Below, in pieces: positions 8,771 through 19,629 of a stretch of DNA of 64,000 nucleotides (the first letter of the stretch is position 1; every line of letters starts with the position of its first letter). The translations under genes and the position numbers were made by a program. A model generated the notes under the pieces. That model did no database searches and had not been told where the DNA came from. It worked only from the letters and a program-made list of their open reading frames with translations. Source of the DNA: Bacteroidales bacterium (GTDB lineage: Bacteria > Bacteroidota > Bacteroidia > Bacteroidales > UBA932); the NCBI GenBank assembly GCA_017471045.1, contig JAFUWZ010000051.1, positions 23,798 through 87,797 of the forward strand, given 5' to 3'.

Positions 8771-9178
8771 TTAATCTTCCTCTGAAAAATCTCCCGGGTC
8801 AAACCCGTCCCACAGAGCCTCGATGTCCCGGCGCTCCTTCTTGGTCGGGCGTCCGGCCCCGCGCTCGCGCCGCACGAAGAAAGTCTCCACGGGGGCGTGC
8901 AGCTTGTCCAGCTCGGACTGGGGGGTCGTGTTTTCCGCGTATGCCGGCACCAGTTTGGCGCCCTGGCGGTTTTCCGTCAACTGCAAGACCTTGTAAGTGA
9001 GCTGTGCGGAACCCTTCCGCACCGCGATCCGGTCGCCGACCTTGACAGCCTTGGAAGGCTTGGCCGGTGCACCGTTGAGCTGCACCTTGTTGCCGTTGCA
9101 GGCGTCCGTGGCCTCACTCCGCGTCTTGTAGCAGCGGATAGCCCACACGTATTTGTCCAATCTTACCGAATCTGACAT
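8771..9178 (-). CDS. hslR: S4-domain ribosome-associated heat shock protein Hsp15
   Basis: RLDKYVWAIRCYKTRSEA and RERGAGRPTKKERR. Confidence 0.9.
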   Translation of the reverse strand: MSDSVRLDKYVWAIRCYKTRSEATDACNGNKVQLNGAPAKPSKAVKVGDRIAVRKGSAQLTYKVLQLTENRQGAKLVPAYAENTTPQSELDKLHAPVETFFVRRERGAGRPTKKERRDIEALWDGFDPGDFSEED

Positions 9179-9184
9179 GGCACA

Positions 9185-10198
9185 TCAATTCAATAAACGG
9201 TCCCCGCTCCGGCCGGGAAAATCTTCAGGCACTTCGTGCCGCTCCACGACGGCTTCCAGGAGCAGCGTCCCTTCAGCACGGGGGACCAGGTAGAAATCCG
9301 GCACTTCGGCCGGCACGAGCAGGGCCTCTCCCGCTCCGATCCCATAGTTGTCCATCGACGCCTCCCCGCCAGGCATCCCGGCAGGCACCTGCACCGAAGC
9401 CTCACCGGCCAGGCAGAGGTAAGCGACAAAACTACCGAACTGCTCACAGAAGATGTGCAGGGGCTCGGTCAGGCGGATCCGCGTGGCGATAAACTCAGGA
9501 TTGTCCGTCAGCCGCACCGTCCCCTGGCTCCCCTCCGGACGGGGCGCCTGAGGCTGCCAGGCCCGGTAATCGATGAAGTCGAAAGCCGCCTCCAGGGTCA
9601 GCTCCGCATCGAAGGGATCAACCTCTCCCGCTTTGCGGCCCCAGTCGTAGAGGCGGAAATCCAGGGGAGAGGACTCGGCCACCTCCGCGATCGAGACGCC
9701 CTCCCCCGCCGCATGGACGGTACCGGGCGCGATGAAGAAGGAGTCACCGGCCTTGGGCTCCACCACGTGGAGCAGATCCTCGACGGAACCGTCCTGGCAG
9801 GCCCGGTAGAATTCCTCGGAACTGACATCCCGGCGGAAACCCAGGAACAGTTTTGACCCGGGCCGGGCACTCACCACATACCAGAGCTTGGCCTTGCCCA
9901 GGAAATCGAAGCGCTGCGCAGCGATCTCATCGTCAGGATGGACCAGCAGCGGAGTGCGGCGCGTGCCTTTCAAAGACTTCATAAGCACGGGGAACTGCCG
10001 CCCGTAGGCGGCGAACACGCCCTCGCCGACCACCCGGTCCATATACATTTCCATGATCTCGGAAAGGGTGTTGGACGCAAGCCAGCCGTTCCTGACCATC
10101 GAATCCGGGAATCCGAGATCGGCCAGATGCCAGATCTCGTCAGACATATCCTCGACAGGAACCAGTTTGAAGGGATACAGTTTCTTTTCTTCTTCCAT
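9185..10198 (-). CDS. Class I mannose-6-phosphate isomerase-like cupin
   Basis: QFPVLMK, LLVHPDD, KAKLWYV, GTVHAAG, EVAESS, FRLYDWGR. Several canonical residues are altered. Confidence 0.8.
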   Translation of the reverse strand: MEEEKKLYPFKLVPVEDMSDEIWHLADLGFPDSMVRNGWLASNTLSEIMEMYMDRVVGEGVFAAYGRQFPVLMKSLKGTRRTPLLVHPDDEIAAQRFDFLGKAKLWYVVSARPGSKLFLGFRRDVSSEEFYRACQDGSVEDLLHVVEPKAGDSFFIAPGTVHAAGEGVSIAEVAESSPLDFRLYDWGRKAGEVDPFDAELTLEAAFDFIDYRAWQPQAPRPEGSQGTVRLTDNPEFIATRIRLTEPLHIFCEQFGSFVAYLCLAGEASVQVPAGMPGGEASMDNYGIGAGEALLVPAEVPDFYLVPRAEGTLLLEAVVERHEVPEDFPGRSGDRLLN

Positions 10199-10207
10199 AT
10201 CAACGTC

Positions 10208-10444
10208 TCAGAAAAGCGTGGGATGGTTCTCGTCCAGATCCGACAGCACCCGCTCGATGATCGCCTGGCGCAGCATGGAGGAGCGGGACCGGACCTTGAA
10301 GCGGCGGCAATACTCCTCGATGGCATTCATCTCTTTCTCATTGAAATAGAGGACCTGCCGATGGGTGCGTACCAAGGCGGCTTTCTGCTTTTCCAGGAAG
10401 TCGGGATCCACGTTGGGGAGGATTTGCTTTTTCCGCGCGCTCAT
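10208..10444 (-). CDS. Small conserved hypothetical protein (78 aa), possibly ribbon-helix-helix
   Basis: MSARKK...RTHRQVLYFNEKEMNAIEEYCRRFKVRSRSSMLRQAIIERVL...PTLF. ATG 10444 follows a TACATTTG promoter motif. Confidence 0.75.
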   Translation of the reverse strand: MSARKKQILPNVDPDFLEKQKAALVRTHRQVLYFNEKEMNAIEEYCRRFKVRSRSSMLRQAIIERVLSDLDENHPTLF

Positions 10445-10449
10445 AAAAA

Positions 10450-10457
10450 CAAATGTA
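10450..10457 (-). promoter_or_regulatory. -7 promoter element TACATTTG
   Basis: TAnnTTTG match 5 nt upstream of ATG 10444. Confidence 0.65.
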
Positions 10458-10461
10458 GCAA

Positions 10462-11631
10462 TTATTTCCCGAAAGCGCAATAGCGATCCGTGATGCGGCC
10501 TCGCGCATCCACGGCGAGGATGTGCGGCAGCAGGCTCAGGTCGAAAGCATCGAACAGCTGCCGGGCGAGTTCCGGCCGCTCGGCCAGCGTCTCATCCACG
10601 TTGACCAGGAAAGCCTTTCCACCGCGTTTCAGGCCGGCTTTGAGGGCAGGTATCTCCTCCTGGCAGCGGCTGCAGCTCTCGGAATAGAATACCAGATAAG
10701 CCGGGCGGCCCCGCAAACGGCTCAAATCACGCGAACGGACGGCGGAGGCCCCGCAAGCCTTGTACAAGACGCCCTCGACCTTGATGGCGGGCAAACGGGC
10801 CCCGACCGGATTGCGGTTTAGCAGCGCTTCATCCATTGAGCCCATCTCGACCAGTTGCATCAGCGCATCGACCGTCAGACGCCGGCCTATGATGACGCCG
10901 GTCCGGTCCAGTAGGAAAAGGCGCGGTGTCTGGAGGATGCCGTACAGGCGCTGGAAGTCGCTCGACACTTCGGGATCCCAGGCATGACGGACCCGGATGT
11001 GCCCCGCACTGAACTGCAAGCGCTCCGCGACATACGCGCGCCAGGCGTCCCGATCCGAGCCGACATAGACGGCATAGAGGTCCAGGTCGGCCTCCTGCTC
11101 CTCCAGCCAGCTGCGCAGCAGGACCGCCTCCAACTTGCACTTGGCACAATCGGTATCATAAAAGTACAGGACGCTCCGGCGCTTCCCGTCCGGAGCCGGT
11201 ACGGTGACCGGCTCATCCTCCAGGCCCTGCATCTCGAGTACCGGCGCCGGCAGGCCGAGGAGCGAAGAGCGGTTGAATTCGGCAAAAAACCTGGCCTGGA
11301 TGCGCTCTGCCTCCGTCGGGAAGACCACCGTCCCGTCGCTGAACCAACGGTCATACAGATGGATGGCGACCGCCTCCTCCCCCATCAGCTTCGAATCCGC
11401 ATAATGGGCGTACAACTTTGCAGCGACCGACTGGCGCAGCAGCGAATCATGGCAGGTCGAGACCAAAAAATCGCATTCGGCGACTTTCGTATCAAGGTCC
11501 TCCGGTTCCAAGGCGGCAAGATAGTCGTCCACCATCGCCAGGGTCCGGGCCACGGCGGACGAATCGACCTGCGCGAACGCCGGGAACACGGCGAGCAGGA
11601 GCGTCAGCCCTATGAGCGGGAGCCTACGCAT
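10462..11631 (-). CDS. Exported protein with two thioredoxin-like domains (DUF5106-like N-terminus)
   Basis: Signal peptide MRRLPLIGLTLLLAVFPAFA; CxxC motifs YDTDCAKC and YSESCSRC. ATG 11631 overlaps the coaD stop. Confidence 0.8.
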   Translation of the reverse strand: MRRLPLIGLTLLLAVFPAFAQVDSSAVARTLAMVDDYLAALEPEDLDTKVAECDFLVSTCHDSLLRQSVAAKLYAHYADSKLMGEEAVAIHLYDRWFSDGTVVFPTEAERIQARFFAEFNRSSLLGLPAPVLEMQGLEDEPVTVPAPDGKRRSVLYFYDTDCAKCKLEAVLLRSWLEEQEADLDLYAVYVGSDRDAWRAYVAERLQFSAGHIRVRHAWDPEVSSDFQRLYGILQTPRLFLLDRTGVIIGRRLTVDALMQLVEMGSMDEALLNRNPVGARLPAIKVEGVLYKACGASAVRSRDLSRLRGRPAYLVFYSESCSRCQEEIPALKAGLKRGGKAFLVNVDETLAERPELARQLFDAFDLSLLPHILAVDARGRITDRYCAFGK

Positions 11632-12097
11632 GAGAGTCCGGCAAGGTGACGCCTTCCGGCAGGAAGAGACTCGTGTCCCCGTCATGCCGCAGGATGTCGC
11701 GGACAGCGGAAGACGAGATGTGCGCGAACTCCTGTGCGGTCGGGATGATCAGGGTCTCGATCTCGGGCGCGAGCCGGCGGTTGGCATCCGCGATCGAGCG
11801 TTCGGTCTCGAAATCCAGCATGTTGCGCACGCCGCGCACGATGTGGACGATCCCCAGCTGGCGGCACACGTCGACGGTCAGGCCGTCGTACTTGATGCAG
11901 GAGACGCCCTCCATCCCGGCCGTGGCCTGACGGATGATGTCCAGGCGCTGGTCCATGTCGAAGAAGCCGCGCTTGTCCTGGTTGATGCCCGCCGCCACGA
12001 CGACTTCGTCGAACATGGTCAGGGCACGTCTTAAAATATTCAGATGCCCGGCGGTGAAAGGATCGAAGGATCCGGGGAAAAGAGCGATACGTTTCAT
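11624..12097 (-). CDS. coaD: Pantetheine-phosphate adenylyltransferase
   Basis: ALFPGSFDPFTAGH, IVRGVRNMLDFETE, ISSSAVR. Confidence 0.97.
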   Translation of the reverse strand: MKRIALFPGSFDPFTAGHLNILRRALTMFDEVVVAAGINQDKRGFFDMDQRLDIIRQATAGMEGVSCIKYDGLTVDVCRQLGIVHIVRGVRNMLDFETERSIADANRRLAPEIETLIIPTAQEFAHISSSAVRDILRHDGDTSLFLPEGVTLPDSHA

Positions 12098-12100
12098 ACA

Positions 12101-12769
12101 CTATAACTGCCAGTTGATGGGAGTCTTGCCTTGGGCGGCAAGGAGTTGGTTGGCCTGCGAGAAATGGCGGCAGCCGAAAAAGGCGCCGCGGGCCAGGGGC
12201 GAAGGATGAGGGGCCTCCAGCACGTAGTGCCGGCTCGTATCGATCAGCGCCCGCTTGGAGCGCGCGAAATTGCCCCAGAGCAGGAACACGACCCCCTCGC
12301 ACCGGTCTGAGATGCAGCGGATCACCGCATCGGTGAAAGGCTGCCAGCCGATGCCGCTGTGGGAAGCCGCCTCACCGCTGCGTACCGTCAGGATCGCATT
12401 GAGCAGCAGCACGCCCTGGCGGGCCCAGGGTTGCAGGTCCGGACTGCCGGACATGCGGATGCCCAGGTCGTCTTCGATTTCCTTGAAGATATTCTTGAGC
12501 GAAGGAGGCGCCGGGACGCCCTGCGGGACGGAGAAAGACAACCCCATCGCCTGGCCGTACCCGTGATAGGGATCCTGGCCCAGGATCACGACCTTCACCT
12601 GGTCCAGGGGGGTCAGTTCGAAGGCTTTGAAAATCTGCCCGCCGGGGGGAAAAATCACCCGCCCGGCCTGTTTCTCCTGGTGCAGGAAGCGGACAAGCTC
12701 CGCAAAGTAGGGTTGCCCGAACTCACTTTGCAGAGCCTGTTTCCAGCTGGATTCGATCTTGACGTCCAT
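12101..12769 (-). CDS. ung: Uracil-DNA glycosylase
   Basis: GQDPYH, GLSFS, GVLLLN, HPSPL. Confidence 0.97.
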   Translation of the reverse strand: MDVKIESSWKQALQSEFGQPYFAELVRFLHQEKQAGRVIFPPGGQIFKAFELTPLDQVKVVILGQDPYHGYGQAMGLSFSVPQGVPAPPSLKNIFKEIEDDLGIRMSGSPDLQPWARQGVLLLNAILTVRSGEAASHSGIGWQPFTDAVIRCISDRCEGVVFLLWGNFARSKRALIDTSRHYVLEAPHPSPLARGAFFGCRHFSQANQLLAAQGKTPINWQL

Positions 12770-15181
<2,412 letters not shown>

Positions 15182-15188
15182 TTCTTAC

Positions 15189-15252
15189 TGACATTTTGGC
15201 AGGATTCCGCCTGTTGACATAGTGTTCCGTAATATGGTCAATCATCGTGCCA
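15189..15252 (-). promoter_or_regulatory. Putative sigma54-type -24/-12 element (15238-15252) and palindromic operator-like site (15189-15201) upstream of lon
   Basis: Minus strand reads TGGCACG-ATGA-TTGA and, nearer the ATG, TGCCA-AAA-TGTCA. Confidence 0.45.
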
Positions 15253-15281
15253 GCAAAACATCGCAAGATAACAAAAATGAT

Positions 15282-15312
15282 TTTGATAATTCTGAAAAAT
15301 ACTCTATTTTTG
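15282..15312 (+). promoter_or_regulatory. Canonical -33/-7 promoter for the HU-bS22-RNase G operon
   Basis: TTTG (15282-15285), N19, TATTTTTG (15305-15312). Confidence 0.75.
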
Positions 15313-15362
15313 CGTCCCAAAATCGTTTAGGAACAAACGTTAACAAGTAAATATTTAACCGT

Positions 15363-15644
15363 ATGACTAAAGCAGAGATCGTTAGCGAAGTGGCAAAGGC
15401 CACTGGCGTTGAGAAGACGACTGTCCAAACCGTCGTCGAAGCATTTATGGAGAGCGTGAAAGGTTCTGTCGTGAAGGGCAACCCGGTCTATCTCCGTGGA
15501 TTCGGCAGCTTCATCATCAAGCACCGCGCCCAGAAGGCCGCCCGGAACATCACCAAGAAGACCACCATCACCATCCCCGAGCACAACATTCCGGCTTTCA
15601 AGCCCGCAAAGGTCTTTGTCGCAGCGGTCAAGGACGGAGAGTAA
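15363..15644 (+). CDS. hup: HU/IHF family DNA-binding protein
   Basis: MTKAEIV..., VYLRGFGSF, ARNITK, PAFKP. Confidence 0.95.
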   Translation: MTKAEIVSEVAKATGVEKTTVQTVVEAFMESVKGSVVKGNPVYLRGFGSFIIKHRAQKAARNITKKTTITIPEHNIPAFKPAKVFVAAVKDGE

Positions 15645-15662
15645 TCTTTAATCATTCAAGCT

Positions 15663-15752
15663 ATGCCTAGCGGTAAAAAGAGAAAGAGACATAAAATGTC
15701 GACGCACAAACGCAAGAAGCGTTTGCGCATGAACCGGCATAAGAAGAAGTAA
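15663..15752 (+). CDS. 29-aa basic ribosomal protein, bS22/mS38 (AURKAIP1/COX24) family
   Basis: Translated by hand (absent from the ORF track): MPSGKKRKRHKMSTHKRKKRLRMNRHKKK*. Confidence 0.9.
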   Translation: MPSGKKRKRHKMSTHKRKKRLRMNRHKKK

Positions 15753-15761
15753 TCCTGGCAA

Positions 15762-17327
15762 ATGGAGACTGAGATTTCCGCGAAAGATCTGATCGTCGAC
15801 GTATCGGCGTCAGAAGTTCAGATCGCCTTGATGGAAAACCATCGGCTGATCGAATTGAACAAGGAGTCCAGTCAGGGTCACAGCTACAGCGTGGGGGATG
15901 TTTTTCTCGGAAGAGTCAAAAAGATCCTCCCCGCTTTAAATGCTGCGTTTGTCGATATCGGCGACAAGAAAGAAGCCTTCGTCCACTATCTGGACCTCGG
16001 GCTCTATTTTTCTTCTTTTGACAGTTTCGTCAAGAAGAGCAATCCCAACACGGATCTCAAGCAACTCTACGAGAGCACTCCGATCGGGCCGGCCCTGGAG
16101 AAGGACGGACACATCGAGAACGTACTCAAGCAAGGGCAGATGATCGTGGGACAGATCGTCAAGGAGCCGATTTCGACCAAAGGATCCCGGCTGACAGCTG
16201 AAATCTCGTTGGCAGGACGCAACATTGTACTGCTCCCCTTCGCAGAGAAGGTGAGCGTTTCCCAGAAAATCTCCTCCAAGGAGGAGAAAAAGCGGCTCCT
16301 GACCCTGGTCACGAGCATTCTCCCTAAAAACTACGGAGCGATTATCCGCACGGCCGCAGAAGGCAAGAACGCCGCGGTCCTTGTCGGAGAGTGTCGCTCG
16401 CTGATCGCGAAGTGGGAAGGTTCCTGGAAGAAAATCGCGAAAAACAAGAGCGTCAGCCTGCTTTTCACCGAGTACTCCAAAACCACGACCACCCTCCGAG
16501 ACCTGTTCGACAGCGGATTTACCAACATCTACGTCAATGATGAGAGAATCTACGAAGAGACCCGGCAGTACGTTTCCCTGATCTCCCCCGAACAGGAAAA
16601 AATCGTCAAACTCTACGAAGGCAAGGAGCCGATCTTCGACCATTTCGAAGTCACCCGCCAAATCAAGAGTTCGTTCGGGAAGGTGGTGCCGATCAAGCAG
16701 GGCGCTTATCTCGTCATCGAGACGACCGAGGCCCTCAACGTCATTGACGTCAACAGCGGCATCCGGTCCAAGACCAACGACCAGGAGGAAAACACCTATG
16801 AGGTCAACCGCCTCGCGGCAGAAGAAATTGTACGGCAACTGCGGCTGCGCGATATGGGAGGCATCGTCATCGTCGATTTCATCGACATGGAGACCCAGGA
16901 ACACCGGAACGCGCTCTACAAGTACATGACGGAACTGATGGCCGGCGACCGGGCCAAGCACAACGTGCTGCCCCTGACCAAGTTCGGGCTCATGCAGATT
17001 ACGCGCCAGCGGATCCGCCCCGTCACGGAAATCGACACCACGGAAGTGTGTCCCGTCTGCCACGGCACCGGAAAGATCGCTTCGAGCGTCGTCATCGACG
17101 AGCAGATCGAGCGCAAGATCGCCGATCTGGCCGTTGCCAAGGGCCTGAATAGCATCACCCTCAAGGTGAGTCCGATGCTGGGCGCCTACCTGACCCGGGG
17201 CTATTTCGATTCCTACCTCAGGAAGTGGAAACGCAAGTACAAGATCAAGATCGGACTCGAAGAAGTCACCAAGTTCTCGGTCCTGCAAAACGAGATCTAT
17301 AATGAGAAAGGAGAGAAGCTCGACTAG
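15762..17327 (+). CDS. rng: Ribonuclease Rne/Rng family (RNase G/E)
   Basis: S1 domain (AAFVDIG, QIVKEPISTKGSRL), VIDVNSG, RLRDMGGIVIVDFIDM, CPVCHGTG. Confidence 0.93.
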   Translation: METEISAKDLIVDVSASEVQIALMENHRLIELNKESSQGHSYSVGDVFLGRVKKILPALNAAFVDIGDKKEAFVHYLDLGLYFSSFDSFVKKSNPNTDLKQLYESTPIGPALEKDGHIENVLKQGQMIVGQIVKEPISTKGSRLTAEISLAGRNIVLLPFAEKVSVSQKISSKEEKKRLLTLVTSILPKNYGAIIRTAAEGKNAAVLVGECRSLIAKWEGSWKKIAKNKSVSLLFTEYSKTTTTLRDLFDSGFTNIYVNDERIYEETRQYVSLISPEQEKIVKLYEGKEPIFDHFEVTRQIKSSFGKVVPIKQGAYLVIETTEALNVIDVNSGIRSKTNDQEENTYEVNRLAAEEIVRQLRLRDMGGIVIVDFIDMETQEHRNALYKYMTELMAGDRAKHNVLPLTKFGLMQITRQRIRPVTEIDTTEVCPVCHGTGKIASSVVIDEQIERKIADLAVAKGLNSITLKVSPMLGAYLTRGYFDSYLRKWKRKYKIKIGLEEVTKFSVLQNEIYNEKGEKLD

Positions 17328-17358
17328 CGTCGGGCTTCTTTCTTTATGTTTTTATTGT

Positions 17359-17366
17359 TACATTTG
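17359..17366 (+). promoter_or_regulatory. -7 promoter element TACATTTG
   Basis: TAnnTTTG match upstream of the PASTA-rluD pair. Confidence 0.6.
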
Positions 17367-17389
17367 CAGATGTCTAGAACCGGAATCAT

Positions 17390-18187
17390 ATGAAAGTACT
17401 GAATAACTGGATTGTCAAGAACCTGCTCTGGGCCGTCGTGTTCGTCCTGGCCCTCGTGCTGCTCGCCAATTTCGTGCTGGGCGTCATCACCCGTCACGGA
17501 CAGGTCGTTGCCGTGCCGGACCTGACCAACGTGTCCGTCGCCGAGGCCTCCCGGATCGCTTCCGATGCCGGCCTGCGGACGGTGGTGTTTGACTCCGTGT
17601 ATGTGCGGCGGATGCAGAAGGGTGCCGTATTCAGCCAGAACCCCAAGGCCGGCACCTCCGTCAAGCAGGGCCGGAAGATCCGTCTCACGATCAACGCCAC
17701 CATCGCCAAGAAGGTCACGATGCCCAACCTGGTCGGCTACTCCATCCGTCAGGCCAAGGCGGAACTCGCCTCCAAAGGGCTGTATCTGGGCAAGATCATC
17801 TATGTCAGCGACATCGCTACCAACAATGTGCTCAAGCAGCTCTACCGCAACGCCGAGATCCGTCCCGGCCGCATGATCGAGAGCGGGGCGACGGTGGACC
17901 TGGTCGCCGGCTTGAGCGAGACCGAAAGCATGACCAATGTCCCGGACGTGCGCGGGATGAAGTGCCTGCGCGCCATCGATGCGATCCAAAACAATTCGCT
18001 CAATATCGGCAAGCTCAAGTTCGACTCCTCCGTCAAGACCTACTCCGACTCGCTCAACGCCGTCGTGCTCAACCAGTCGCCTTCCGCCTCCCGGATGCCG
18101 ATGCGCATCGGATCCGAGGTGACCCTCGCCCTCAGCATCGATCCCGAAAAAGTCGCCAAGGTCGGCCCAGTCACTTCCGGCAATTGA
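17390..18187 (+). CDS. PASTA domain-containing membrane protein (3 PASTA repeats)
   Basis: N-terminal TM helix; repeats VPDLTN..QNP, MPNLVGYS, VPDVRGM..QSP. Confidence 0.9.
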   Translation: MKVLNNWIVKNLLWAVVFVLALVLLANFVLGVITRHGQVVAVPDLTNVSVAEASRIASDAGLRTVVFDSVYVRRMQKGAVFSQNPKAGTSVKQGRKIRLTINATIAKKVTMPNLVGYSIRQAKAELASKGLYLGKIIYVSDIATNNVLKQLYRNAEIRPGRMIESGATVDLVAGLSETESMTNVPDVRGMKCLRAIDAIQNNSLNIGKLKFDSSVKTYSDSLNAVVLNQSPSASRMPMRIGSEVTLALSIDPEKVAKVGPVTSGN

Positions 18188-19302
18188 TGGAGAAGATTTA
18201 CCCCGACGAGGAGCTGGAGACCGGTGCCGTCGCGTACAACGGAGCCATCGTTGAAGAACCTGCCGGCGATGAAGAGCAGGGGATGTTCGAGCATTTCCGG
18301 CTCACCGTGGATCCCGGCCAGGCGCCGATGCGCGTGGACAAGTATATGGCCACGCATCTCGAAGACACGTCCCGCAACCGCATCCAGTCCTCGATCAAGC
18401 AGGGATACGTGCGCGTGGGCGGCAAGGTCGCCAAGGCCAACCTGGTCATCCGGCCGGGCGATGTGATCCAGTTCGTGATGCCATACCGGCGCCGCGGCTA
18501 TGAGATCCTGCCCGAGGACATCCCCCTGGACATCGTCTATGAAGATGAGGACCTGCTGGTCGTCAACAAGCCGGCCGGCATGGTCGTCCATCCCGGCCAC
18601 GGCAACTATTCCGGTACCTTGATCAATGCCTTGGCCTGGCACCTGGGCCTCTCCCAACGCCCCGAGGCCCAGGACGAACGGATGGGGATCCTCGTCCACC
18701 GTATCGACAAGGACACTTCCGGCCTGCTGGTCGTGGCCAAGACCGACGAGGCCCAGTTCCACCTGGCCGGCCAGTTTTTCCGCCACACGATCGACCGCCG
18801 CTACGAGACCGTGGTCTGGGGCAACCTCGCTGAGGACGAAGGCACGATCGACACGACCATCGGCCGGGATCCGGGCGACCGCCTGCGCTTCCGCGTCTTT
18901 GACGATCCCGAAAAGGGAAAGCACGCCGTCACGCACTACAAGGTGCTGGAGCGCTTCGGCTTCGTGACCCGGGTCGAATGTCAGTTGGAGACCGGCCGGA
19001 CGCACCAGATCCGCGTCCACATGGCCCACATCGGCCACCCCCTGTTCAACGACGAGCGTTATGGCGGCGCCGAGATCCGCAAAGGCACCATCTATTCCAA
19101 ATACAAGCAGTTCATCCGCAACTGCTTCGAACTGTGCCCGCGCCAGGCTCTCCACGCCCGCACCCTGGGCTTCATCCACCCTTCGACGGGACAGTGGATG
19201 CAGTTTGAATCCGCCCTACCCTCCGACCTGACCGCCCTGCTCGGCAAATGGCGCGCCTATACGGCGTCCGGCAACGCCGCAGCCCTGCCTGACGAAGAAT
19301 AA
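18187..19302 (+). CDS. rluD: RluA/RluD family 23S rRNA pseudouridine synthase
   Basis: S4 domain RVDKY, VVNKPAGMVVHP, HRIDKDTSG, LETGRTHQIRVH, RQALHA. ATG 18187 overlaps the PASTA stop. Confidence 0.93.
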   Translation: MEKIYPDEELETGAVAYNGAIVEEPAGDEEQGMFEHFRLTVDPGQAPMRVDKYMATHLEDTSRNRIQSSIKQGYVRVGGKVAKANLVIRPGDVIQFVMPYRRRGYEILPEDIPLDIVYEDEDLLVVNKPAGMVVHPGHGNYSGTLINALAWHLGLSQRPEAQDERMGILVHRIDKDTSGLLVVAKTDEAQFHLAGQFFRHTIDRRYETVVWGNLAEDEGTIDTTIGRDPGDRLRFRVFDDPEKGKHAVTHYKVLERFGFVTRVECQLETGRTHQIRVHMAHIGHPLFNDERYGGAEIRKGTIYSKYKQFIRNCFELCPRQALHARTLGFIHPSTGQWMQFESALPSDLTALLGKWRAYTASGNAAALPDEE

Positions 19303-19336
19303 TCTGACATCTGAACGAAACGAAGGATCTCTTCGC

Positions 19337-19377
19337 CTCCGCCTCCTCGACAGCCTTGAAGGGGAGTGACGCTGGCG
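19337..19377 (-). repeat. Degenerate direct copy of the nagB 3' end (19645-19684)
   Basis: 19337-19360 and 19645-19668 are identical at 20 of 24 nt and both encode FKAVEEAE. Similarity extends about 16 nt further with one indel. Confidence 0.75.
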
Positions 19378-19560
19378 CTATAAGAAAAGGTGTGCTTCCC
19401 AGTTGTCGCGGGGCAAAAACCGATTGATATGCCCCTCCTCGCCCGGTCATCCGGGCTGACGAATATCGGGATTCGGCGGCCTTCCACCGATAGCTGGTGT
19501 CAGTATCCCCAGATAGCTCCCCATCGAAGGCTCTCCGGAGGCTTACTATCTTTGCGGGAC

Positions 19561-19607
19561 ACAAAATGAGACTGACCCAAAAGTCAACATGACTCCGGTC
19601 AGTCTCA
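19561..19607 (-). terminator. Probable intrinsic terminator of nagB
   Basis: Perfect 11-bp stem TGAGACTGACC/GGTCAGTCTCA followed by TTTTGT on the minus strand. Confidence 0.65.
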
Positions 19608-19629
19608 AGCATAATTTTGCTGTATTAGC

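Noticed and set aside
19172-19612. 146-aa minus-strand ORF as a real gene
   Set aside because: TTG start inside the terminator hairpin, 130-nt antisense overlap with rluD and no family motif. Only the FKAVEEAE segment is informative, and it is reported as a repeat.
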